A model generated the notes under the pieces. The model worked only from the letters and a program-made list of their open reading frames with translations, was not told where the DNA came from and did no database searches. The position numbers and the translations under genes were made by a program. Below, one piece after another: positions 17,835 through 25,871 of a stretch of DNA of 51,316 bases. Every line of letters begins with the position of its first letter. Position 1 is the stretch's first letter. Location of the stretch: contig JAAVYX010000089.1 in the NCBI GenBank assembly GCA_022791355.1, forward strand, positions 1-51,316, read 5' to 3'. The DNA comes from Clostridiales bacterium (GTDB lineage Bacteria; Bacillota; Clostridia; Oscillospirales; Acutalibacteraceae).

Positions 17835-18683
17835 ATGAATTTAACTTATATTATTGGTTTGCTGGTCGCAATCGGCGTTATGATATTTGGTATGATTACC
17901 AAGATGGACCCGACGGCCGGTATGCAAGTTTTGCCTAACCAAATCGGTAACTTTTTTGATATCTCCAGCGTTCTGATTGTTATCGGCTGTACCATCGGTA
18001 TTGTTATAGCAAGCTTTCCCGGCAAAATGCTGGCGTCTATTCCCAAGCACTTTGGGATTATTCTCAACACAAAAAGGTTTAAGCTGCAAAAGTATATTGA
18101 CGAGCTTGTCGATCTGGCGCAAATCGCCAGAAAGAACGGCCTGCTGGCCTTGGAGGAAAAGGCCAACGAGCAGAAGGATCCCTTTTTCAAGCAGGCGATT
18201 ATGCTGATTGTGGATGCGAACGATCCGGACAAGGTCCGCGAGATTTTAAATAACGACATTGATACGATGTCGTCCCGCCACGACAGCGTAGCGGGAATGT
18301 ACGAGAAGGCATCTTCGGTTGCGCCGGCCTTTGGTATGGTTGGTACCCTGGTCGGACTGATAAATATGTTGAAAAATATGAATCTTGACAGCGGCCAATC
18401 CTCGATTGGTTCCGATATGGGTACGGCGTTGATCACCACGCTGTACGGCTGTATTCTTGCACATATGATTTTTGGACCCATCGCAACCTGCTTGCGGACC
18501 CGCGACGAGCAGGAGGTTTTATGTAAAATGCTGATTGTAGAAGGTATTATATCGATACAGTCCGGCGAGAACCCCAAGTTCCTCAAAGAAAAGCTGATGA
18601 CCTTTATGGCCCAGAAACAGCGGGCCGGAGGTAAGAAGGGCAAGGGCGCAGACGATACCGACGGAGCGGACAGCGCCGAATAA
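17835..18683 (+). CDS. motA: Flagellar stator protein MotA (MotA/TolQ/ExbB channel family)
   Basis: Four-TM pattern with conserved APAFGMVGTLVGLINML and TALITTLYG segments. Confidence 0.9.
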   Translation: MNLTYIIGLLVAIGVMIFGMITKMDPTAGMQVLPNQIGNFFDISSVLIVIGCTIGIVIASFPGKMLASIPKHFGIILNTKRFKLQKYIDELVDLAQIARKNGLLALEEKANEQKDPFFKQAIMLIVDANDPDKVREILNNDIDTMSSRHDSVAGMYEKASSVAPAFGMVGTLVGLINMLKNMNLDSGQSSIGSDMGTALITTLYGCILAHMIFGPIATCLRTRDEQEVLCKMLIVEGIISIQSGENPKFLKEKLMTFMAQKQRAGGKKGKGADDTDGADSAE

Positions 18684-18720
18684 CGGAGAACATAAGCGCG
18701 GTTTTTAGGAGTGAACGACA

Positions 18721-19485
18721 TTGAAAAGGAAAAAAGGCGGCGGCGGTGGCGGCGCTAATTGGATGGACACTTATGGAGATATGGTTACGCTTCTGCTGTG
18801 CTTCTTTGTGCTTCTTTATTCCATGTCAACCATAAGCGAACAAAACTGGAAGGCCCTGGTCATGAGCTTTAACCCGGACGCGGTTCAAACCCCCACCATG
18901 ACCGATGGAAACGACGGTCCCAACGCCGACCCGAATGAGGAAGACGGCGCCGGCCAAATCACCCAGGAAATGGTCGATCAGGATATGGAATCCCTTTATC
19001 AGGCCATTGCCCAATACATAGAGGAGCAGGGAATGCAGGAAACGGTCTCTGTCTCCAAGGAAGACGGTAAGGTTTTCCTGACCTTTCAGGACGTTGTGTT
19101 CTTTAACCCGGATGATTCCACCCTGCGGGAGGACGGTAAGCCGGTTCTCAACACCATCGGAGCCAGCCTTTCGGCGGTCTCCACCTCTGTCGACGAGGTT
19201 CGGGTGATGGGACATACCGCCCAGGCCTCCGCCGACCGGCCCAACAATACCTTCAACGACCGGGCCTTGTCCGCCCTGCGGGCCTCCAATGCGCTGGCGC
19301 ATCTGCAGGACCACTGTACGGTGGACCCGGGCCGGCTGATCAGCGAAGGCTACGGCCAGTGGCGGCCGGTGGCCGACAACAGCGACCCTGTGGAAAAAGC
19401 GAAAAACCGCCGCGTTGAAATTATTATAAGCGGCAGAAATATTGAAGAAGAGCTGAAAAATAATCTTACCGATTATAGTACATAA
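18721..19485 (+). CDS. motB: Flagellar stator protein MotB (OmpA-like PG-binding C-terminus)
   Basis: TTG start after AGGAGTGA. WMDTYGDMVTLLLCFFVLLYSMS carries the conserved channel Asp. OmpA-like RALSALRASNA...NRRVEIII. Confidence 0.9.
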   Translation: MKRKKGGGGGGANWMDTYGDMVTLLLCFFVLLYSMSTISEQNWKALVMSFNPDAVQTPTMTDGNDGPNADPNEEDGAGQITQEMVDQDMESLYQAIAQYIEEQGMQETVSVSKEDGKVFLTFQDVVFFNPDDSTLREDGKPVLNTIGASLSAVSTSVDEVRVMGHTAQASADRPNNTFNDRALSALRASNALAHLQDHCTVDPGRLISEGYGQWRPVADNSDPVEKAKNRRVEIIISGRNIEEELKNNLTDYST

Positions 19486-19577
19486 AAGTAAATTTCCGAT
19501 CATCAAATGGGCGAAGCCGGCCGAAAGGGCGGCAGGGACTTCAAATCGGAGATTTACTAAAGGAGGTGATCCAGGTT

Positions 19578-20585
19578 ATGGCCGACGTATTGTCACAAAG
19601 TCAAATCGACGCTTTGCTCAACGCAGTGCAAAGCGGCGAGAAGGACTTAGAGCAACCTGCGGAAGAAAACGAAGAAAAAAAATATCACAAGTATGATTTT
19701 TACAGCCCCAAAAAGTTTACCAAGGATCGCATCAAAATGCTCAGCAGCATCTTTGAAAATTATACCAGGGTGATCAATTCCAGGCTGAACGCGACGCTGC
19801 GCACCAACTGCGAGGTGGAAGTGGAAAGCATTGAGGAACAGCGGTATTACGAGTTTTCCAATGCGCTGACAGACGGCGACGTGCTTTCCCTGGCCAGCGT
19901 CGTTTATGACGGAAAAGACGGGGAAGAGCCTGTGCTTTTCTATCTCAACACCAGCGCGGCTATGAGTATGATGGATCGGATGATGGGCGGAGAAGGCGTT
20001 ATGGACGACAATACGCCCAGCGATTATACCTATACGGATTTGGAGCTGCATCTTTACGAAAATATCATGATGGATTTGGTATCCGTATTGGGAAACAGCT
20101 GGGAAAGTTATATTCCGATGACCTTTAGCTATACGAGAACAGAGGTGAATCCCACGCTGGTTCAGTTGATCGGAATCGATGAAATTGTTGTGATTGTGGA
20201 TTTAAAGCTGCAGTTCAGCAATTTTTCCGGTCGTATGAGTATTTGTCTGCCGGCTATGATGCTGACCAATATTTTTGCGCAAATCAGTAACGAGGGCGTC
20301 AGTAAAAAGGACGTAGATCAGGAAACCGCAGATGAAATACTGGATCAGTTAAAGGAATCCAGCTTGGAAATTACGGCTGAATTGGGTAAGACCGATTTGT
20401 CTTTGAGCGATATTTATCATTTGAATGTAGGCGATGTAATCGATTTAGGAAGACAGAAGGAAATGCCGATTTACCTCAACATCGGCGGCTACTGCTGGTT
20501 TACCGGTTACATGGGTGTACATAAAAAAAATATGGCTGTTAAGATAGAAGATGTATGCTATCAGGCCGAGAGAAGGAGCGAGTAG
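19578..20585 (+). CDS. fliM: Flagellar motor switch protein FliM
   Basis: N-terminal CheY-P binding motif LSQSQIDALL, a CheC-like middle domain, and a C-terminal SpoA-like region. ATG follows AGGAGG. Confidence 0.93.
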   Translation: MADVLSQSQIDALLNAVQSGEKDLEQPAEENEEKKYHKYDFYSPKKFTKDRIKMLSSIFENYTRVINSRLNATLRTNCEVEVESIEEQRYYEFSNALTDGDVLSLASVVYDGKDGEEPVLFYLNTSAAMSMMDRMMGGEGVMDDNTPSDYTYTDLELHLYENIMMDLVSVLGNSWESYIPMTFSYTRTEVNPTLVQLIGIDEIVVIVDLKLQFSNFSGRMSICLPAMMLTNIFAQISNEGVSKKDVDQETADEILDQLKESSLEITAELGKTDLSLSDIYHLNVGDVIDLGRQKEMPIYLNIGGYCWFTGYMGVHKKNMAVKIEDVCYQAERRSE

Positions 20586-20590
20586 ACAGG

Positions 20591-21823
20591 ATGGAAAATG
20601 AAATCTTCAGTCCAATGGCGATAGATGCTCTCGGAGAGATGATGAATATCAGTCTTGGGTCTTCGGCTACGGCGGTATCAAACATGTTGGACCACAGGGT
20701 GGATATTACGACGCCCAAGGTTTCGGTCGTCAATGTGAATGAATTTACCCTGGGCAATCTGGAACCGGCCATGGGCATCGAGATCAAGTATGTATCCGGG
20801 CTGGAAGGCAGCAATATTATGCTGCTGAAAAAGAGCGATATTAAGGTTATTGTTGACATCCTGATGGGTTCGGAAACCCCGGAAGAGGAGTTTGAGCTCA
20901 ACGATTTGACTATCAGCGCCGTCTGCGAGGTTATGAACCAGATGATGGGCGCCGCCTCCACCGCTCTGTCTGACTTTTTGGGATATGCGGTCAATATATC
21001 GACGCCGAAGCCCTTTGAATTGGATGTTTTGGAGAATTTTAAAGAAGAGTATTTACCCCAGGGAGCGGAAACCATCGTAGTAGTTCGGTTTTCATTGAAG
21101 ATAGAGGACGCGTTGGAAAGCGAGTTCATGAACGTCATGTCCGTCGAGCTGGCTAAGGAGCTGATCGTTGGCTTAGGCTTGGGAGAAGGCGACGACACGG
21201 GCAGCGCCCAGCCGCAGGCGGCTGCTGCGCCGGCCGCAGAGCCGCCTGCAGCGGATGCTTCCGGCGGCAAGCAGCTGAGCCAGGCCGAGATCGAACAGTT
21301 GATGCAGGGGAACGCCGCGCCGGCCCCCAGCGCGCCGGCGCCTGCCGCCGCGCCCGCTGCTCCCGCCGCCGCAGTTGCGGCGCAGCAGCCGGCCATGCCT
21401 CCCATGCCCCAGCCGGCGGGAGAAGCGCCGGGGGCGAATATGCAGGCGGGGTATCCGCCTTATTATCCGCCGTATCCCTATCCGTATCCCTATCCGCCGC
21501 AGGATGCGCCCCGCGCCGAACCCAAGGTTATCAATGCGCATCCCCTTGAAATGCAGCAGATGGCTTTGGACCCCCGCTTGGCCGAGGAACAGGCGCAAAA
21601 CCTGGACCTGATCATGGAGGTACCCCTACAGATTGCGGTAGAGATCGGCCGGACCAAACGGAAGGTCGAGGATATCCTGACCTTGGCCAAGGGTTCGCTG
21701 GTGGTTCTGGATAAGCTGGCGGGAGACCAGGTAGATGTATTTGCCAACGGAAAATGCATCGCCAAGGGCGACGTGGTAGTGGTAGACGACAACTTCGGCG
21801 TTCGCATTACGGAGATTATGTAG
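20591..21823 (+). CDS. fliY: Flagellar switch protein FliY: CheC-type phosphatase domain fused to a FliN/SpoA domain
   Basis: Two complete D/S-x3-E-x2-N-x22-P sites: DALGEMMN-x22-P and SAVCEVMN-x22-P. C-terminal FliN block LDLIMEVPLQIAVEIGRTKRKVEDILTLAKGSLVVLDKLAGDQVDVFANGKCIAKGDVVVVDDNFGVRITEI. Confidence 0.92.
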   Translation: MENEIFSPMAIDALGEMMNISLGSSATAVSNMLDHRVDITTPKVSVVNVNEFTLGNLEPAMGIEIKYVSGLEGSNIMLLKKSDIKVIVDILMGSETPEEEFELNDLTISAVCEVMNQMMGAASTALSDFLGYAVNISTPKPFELDVLENFKEEYLPQGAETIVVVRFSLKIEDALESEFMNVMSVELAKELIVGLGLGEGDDTGSAQPQAAAAPAAEPPAADASGGKQLSQAEIEQLMQGNAAPAPSAPAPAAAPAAPAAAVAAQQPAMPPMPQPAGEAPGANMQAGYPPYYPPYPYPYPYPPQDAPRAEPKVINAHPLEMQQMALDPRLAEEQAQNLDLIMEVPLQIAVEIGRTKRKVEDILTLAKGSLVVLDKLAGDQVDVFANGKCIAKGDVVVVDDNFGVRITEIM

Positions 21824-21907
21824 TCTAAGGCTTTCATGGGAAATTTTATATTTACCCGTTGAAATACATGCAAAATATGATCAAAATAGTAAGAAGGGCG
21901 GATTACA

Positions 21908-22276
21908 ATGGCTAAAAAGATTTTGTTGGTTGACGACGCTGCTTTTATGAGAAAGATGCTGAGCGATACCCTGAGCAAGAACGGGTACACCGACATTTCA
22001 GAAGCGGTCGACGGGGCGGACGCCGTACAAAAGTATGGGGAAATCGGTCCCGACCTGGTGATTATGGATATCACCATGCCCAATATGGACGGTCTGGAGG
22101 CCCTCAAGGCTATTCGTGGCAAGGACGCCAACGCCAATGTGGTTATGTGCTCGGCTATGGGACAGGAAAGCATGGTTATGGACGCGGTGCGTTCTGGCGC
22201 AAAGGACTTTATTGTAAAGCCCTTTAAGGCCGACCGGGTACTGAAGACCGTATCCAATATCTTGGGTACGCCGTAA
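21908..22276 (+). CDS. cheY: Chemotaxis response regulator CheY
   Basis: 122-aa single receiver domain: LLVDDAAFMR, phospho-acceptor context LVIMDITMPNMDG, and conserved KPF. Confidence 0.93.
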   Translation: MAKKILLVDDAAFMRKMLSDTLSKNGYTDISEAVDGADAVQKYGEIGPDLVIMDITMPNMDGLEALKAIRGKDANANVVMCSAMGQESMVMDAVRSGAKDFIVKPFKADRVLKTVSNILGTP

Positions 22277-22277
22277 C

Positions 22278-22661
22278 ATGCTACTGGCAAAGGGGACTGG
22301 TTCGCTACTTTCCTTAGTATGGGTATTTATCTGCGTTTTACTCATTATCGGCTTGGCTTATGTTTTTACAAAGTATATTGTAGGACGGGGTAAGTTGGGC
22401 GGTCTGGCGGCGGGTAAGGACGATATCGTCAAGCTGCTCGCCCGGGTGACGGTGAGTAAGGATGGCCAGCTTTTGCTGGCGCAGGTGGGAGAACGGTATT
22501 TCCTGCTGGGAAACACCCCTGCCGGCATCACAAAACTGGCCGAATTTACGCCGGAAGAAGCGCAGGCCTGGAAAAGTAACGAGGACCCGTCCGGCGGCGG
22601 TCAGCCGCCCAGCTTCGGGGAAGCTCTGCGGAAGGTATGGAAACAAAAGGTAAAGAGGTGA
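22278..22661 (+). CDS. fliO: Flagellar biosynthesis protein FliO (FliZ)
   Basis: Single TM segment (LLSLVWVFICVLLIIGLAYVF) followed by LARVTVSKDGQLLLAQVGERYFLLG. Located between cheY and fliP. Confidence 0.75.
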   Translation: MLLAKGTGSLLSLVWVFICVLLIIGLAYVFTKYIVGRGKLGGLAAGKDDIVKLLARVTVSKDGQLLLAQVGERYFLLGNTPAGITKLAEFTPEEAQAWKSNEDPSGGGQPPSFGEALRKVWKQKVKR

Positions 22662-22667
22662 AAACGG

Positions 22668-23327
22668 GTGCCTGACAGCTTAATTAACATCAATGGCGAG
22701 GGCCTGCAGGCGCTGGAGCTGTTGTTTTTGACAACGCTAATCTCATTGCTGCCTTCTCTGTTGGTGATGACGACCTCTTTTACCCGTTATGTCGTTTCAT
22801 TTTCCTTTTTGAGAAGCGCAATGGGTACGCAGACGCCGCCCAATATCGTATTGGTCGGCCTCGCGCTTATTTTGACCTTGCTTACCATGGCGCCAACCCT
22901 CAGTCAAATTCAGACCGAGGCCTATGACCCGTATGTGGCGGAGGAGATCACGCAGGAGGAATTTATCGACCGCGCCTCCCAGCCGCTGAAGGAATTTATG
23001 CTTCGGAACACCGAGAGCTCGACCCTGGACATGTTCTGCGGGCTGGCTCAGGTCGATACCGCGCAGGGTGAGGAGGCGCTGAATCTCCCCTTAAAGGTCA
23101 TCATTCCATCCTTTGTCACCTGCGAGCTCAAGAAGGCCTTTTTGATTGGATTCCTGCTCTATCTCCCCTTTATGCTAATCGATATCGTGGTCTCTTCCAC
23201 GCTGATGTCAATGGGCATGATTATGTTGCCGCCATCCATGATATCCATGCCGTTTAAGCTGCTGCTTTTTGTTTTGCTCAACGGCTGGGAGCTGCTGTTC
23301 TCCAGTCTCATCAACAGCTTTTACTAG
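22668..23327 (+). CDS. fliP: Flagellar export apparatus protein FliP
   Basis: GTG start. LLPSLLVMTTSFTRYVVSFSFLRSAMGTQTPPN and FLLYLPFMLIDIVVSSTLMSMGM. Confidence 0.92.
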   Translation: MPDSLININGEGLQALELLFLTTLISLLPSLLVMTTSFTRYVVSFSFLRSAMGTQTPPNIVLVGLALILTLLTMAPTLSQIQTEAYDPYVAEEITQEEFIDRASQPLKEFMLRNTESSTLDMFCGLAQVDTAQGEEALNLPLKVIIPSFVTCELKKAFLIGFLLYLPFMLIDIVVSSTLMSMGMIMLPPSMISMPFKLLLFVLLNGWELLFSSLINSFY

Positions 23328-23478
23328 TGGATGGCTCGCCAGTCGAGCCCTGCGTTTTGCCGGTGGGCCCGCCGTCTGGCTGACAGGCGGCGATGCGGCC
23401 GGGAAGAAACGCGGCCAGGAGACGGACGGCGGAAACGACGTTCGGGATGCTTGAACAGCGCAGGGGAGGAAATTACGA

Positions 23479-23739
23479 ATGGATACGTCAATTGTGACGG
23501 ATGTTTTGCGGGACGGCGTGGGCGTAGCGATTAAGCTGGCCGCTCCCATGCTGCTTTTAAGTATGCTGATCGGCGTGGTGGTGGCGCTCTTTCAAGCTGT
23601 TACGCAGATACACGAACAGACCATCGGTTTTATACTCAAATTGATTGTCATCATCGGCGTCCTTTTAATCGGGGGCGGCTGGATGATGGAAACGCTGCTG
23701 GATTATGCGCGCTCCCTGTTTGAACTGATGACCGTCTAA
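23479..23739 (+). CDS. fliQ: Flagellar export apparatus protein FliQ
   Basis: 86 aa with two TM segments. AAPMLLLSMLIGVVVALFQAVTQIHEQTIGFILKL. Confidence 0.92.
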   Translation: MDTSIVTDVLRDGVGVAIKLAAPMLLLSMLIGVVVALFQAVTQIHEQTIGFILKLIVIIGVLLIGGGWMMETLLDYARSLFELMTV

Positions 23740-23750
23740 AGGAAACGCTT

Positions 23751-24518
23751 ATGGTTGACTGGAATCAATTGGCACTTTTCATTTATATAGCTGCACGCAT
23801 GAGCGGCTTCGTCCTGTTCAATCCTCTTTTGGGCAGGAGCAATCTGCCGGGGATCGTGCGTACCGGCCTTGTGCTTGTGTTCACGGTAAGCGTGGCCGCT
23901 ACGACCCAGCAGGCGGGCGCCGCGCCTCCAAATTTTCTGATCTTTGTCATCCGGATTCTTTTAGAGCTGGCGCTTGGCTTTCTGCTGGGGATGGTCATGA
24001 ATTTTTTCTTTTATATCCCCCGTCTGGCAGGAGAAGCCATAGACACGCAAATGGGCATGACCATGAGCCAAATTTATGACCCCAGTTCGCAAAGCAATAT
24101 GTCTGTGACCGGCGTGCTCTTAAACCTTTTGATGACCCTTTTGTTTTTTGCCGCTAACGGTCACCATACCCTGTTGCGTATTATGCTGACCTCGGGCGAC
24201 ATGATTCCGTTTGGCGCAGTTTCCTTTGGGCCGGACGTTTTAAACAGAATGCTGGAATTGTTTGTCGAGTGCACTGTTTTTGGCGTAAAGCTTTGTCTGC
24301 CGGTTTTAGCGGCCGAGCTCGTGGGGCAAATCGGAATGGGCGTTTTAATGAAGGTGATTCCCCAGATTAACGTGTTTGCCATCAATATAGAATTGAAGGT
24401 GATTATTGGCCTGGCCTTGCTTTTTCTTTTGATTGCCCCTTTCAGCGAATTTTTCTTAAAAATAGAGGCGGACATGCTTGACAGGCTGAGAGAAATTTTA
24501 GTCCTGTCGGCGGGGTAA
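23751..24518 (+). CDS. fliR: Flagellar export apparatus protein FliR
   Basis: 255-aa polytopic membrane protein in the syntenic position. GEAIDTQMGMTMSQIYDP motif. Confidence 0.9.
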   Translation: MVDWNQLALFIYIAARMSGFVLFNPLLGRSNLPGIVRTGLVLVFTVSVAATTQQAGAAPPNFLIFVIRILLELALGFLLGMVMNFFFYIPRLAGEAIDTQMGMTMSQIYDPSSQSNMSVTGVLLNLLMTLLFFAANGHHTLLRIMLTSGDMIPFGAVSFGPDVLNRMLELFVECTVFGVKLCLPVLAAELVGQIGMGVLMKVIPQINVFAINIELKVIIGLALLFLLIAPFSEFFLKIEADMLDRLREILVLSAG

Positions 24519-24540
24519 TTCCAAAATGCAGGCCCTGCGT

Positions 24541-24726
24541 ACGTTTGCGTGAGGAGCTCTAGAGCGTGCTTTCAAACGAAAAAAAGATGTAGATTTTCGC
24601 TCATCTGTCTAAACGAACGGCCTTTGGCCATTCTGCAGCCACGGCGGTTTGCCGCGCAGGGACCTGGGCAAAATATACATCGGTTCGACGTTTGTAGATA
24701 CGCTCTAGAGCCCCGCACGAAACGCT
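24541..24726. repeat. ~186-bp insert bounded by imperfect ~37-nt terminal inverted repeats (MITE-like, or a long-stem RNA element) between fliR and flhB
   Basis: The left arm CGTTTGCGTGAGGAGCTCTAGAGCGT... matches the reverse complement of the right arm ...ACGCTCTAGAGCCCCGCACGAAACG. The core GCTCTAGAGC is shared. Confidence 0.55.
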
Positions 24727-24752
24727 AGACCCGTTTTAGGGGGGAACAACCG

Positions 24753-25823
24753 TTGGCAGAGGGCTCTAAAACCGAAAAAGCAACACCCAAAAAACGACGA
24801 GACGAAAGAAAAAAAGGTAATGTTTTTCTGAGTCAGGACGCGGTGGCCATGGCGACGCTTTTAAGCAGCTACGCCGTGCTCCAGCTGCTCTCCGGTACAT
24901 GCGTCGATAAATTGGGAGAGTTTATGAGCCGCTGTCTCACGGCCAGCGGGAGTTCCGGGCGCAAGCTGGAGGAAATGCTGCCGGAGTTTGGGGGGCAGAT
25001 GGTTCTTACCGTACTGCAAACGGTAGGCATTTTGGCGGCCGTTGTGGCCGTAACCGCCATTGCAGTCACCTTTTTCCAAACCAAGCTGCTGGTAAGCGGC
25101 GAATCGCTGAAGCCTAAACTGAACCGTATCAGTCCCTTAAATGGAATAAAAAAGCTTTTTTCTCTAAGAAGCGTAATAGAGACCCTGAAGGGCATCATAA
25201 AAATTACTGTTTTGTTAGTCATCATCTATTTGGACCTAACCGGCATGTTCCAAGACAGCTCCAAATATTTTTATTCCGATATTTCCACCGCCGCCGCCCA
25301 TCTTTTCAAATGTATATCCAACCTGATCCTTCATATCGCCATTGCCTTCGGTATTATAGCGGCGATGGACTATCTGTATCAATGGTGGGATTACGAGCGG
25401 CAGCTGAAGATGACCAAGCAGGAGGTTAAGGAAGAATATAAGCAAATGGAAGGCGATCCGCAGATCAAATCTAAAATCCGCGAATTACAACGGCGTAGAG
25501 CCCAGTCGCGGATGATGCAGCAGGTCCCCTCTGCGGACGTGGTCATCCGAAATCCAACCCATTACGCCGTAGCCTTACGGTATAAGCCCGAGGAGGACAA
25601 CGCTCCTATTGTTTTGGCGATGGGACAGAACGAGCTGGCGCTGCGGATTGTCAAGGTTGCCGAGGAGAATAAGGTGGCCGTGATAGAAAACCCGCCGGTG
25701 GCCCGCAGTCTCTTCGCCCAATGCGAGCTGGGACAGGAAATCCCCCCGGAACTCTACGGCGTGGTAGCCGAGGTCTTGGTATATATTTTCCATCTGAATG
25801 AGAACAAACGAATTGAAAGATGA
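24753..25823 (+). CDS. flhB: Flagellar export switch protein FlhB
   Basis: TTG start after AGGGGGGAA. MAEGSKTEKATPKKRRDERKKGNV. Autocleavage motif NPTH (RNPTHYAVALRY). Confidence 0.93.
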   Translation: MAEGSKTEKATPKKRRDERKKGNVFLSQDAVAMATLLSSYAVLQLLSGTCVDKLGEFMSRCLTASGSSGRKLEEMLPEFGGQMVLTVLQTVGILAAVVAVTAIAVTFFQTKLLVSGESLKPKLNRISPLNGIKKLFSLRSVIETLKGIIKITVLLVIIYLDLTGMFQDSSKYFYSDISTAAAHLFKCISNLILHIAIAFGIIAAMDYLYQWWDYERQLKMTKQEVKEEYKQMEGDPQIKSKIRELQRRRAQSRMMQQVPSADVVIRNPTHYAVALRYKPEEDNAPIVLAMGQNELALRIVKVAEENKVAVIENPPVARSLFAQCELGQEIPPELYGVVAEVLVYIFHLNENKRIER

Positions 25824-25871
25824 TCGATATAGTTTTAGGAAAGCAAATACGAAAGGGAAGGAGGTGAAAGA

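Noticed and set aside
23208-23549. Small ORFs in the fliP-fliQ spacer: 23331-23534 (+), 23269-23454 (+) and 23208-23549 (-).
   Set aside because: The frames are Arg/Gly/Ala-rich and not protein-like. They have no RBS and overlap the ends of fliP and fliQ. I treat the region as non-coding spacer.
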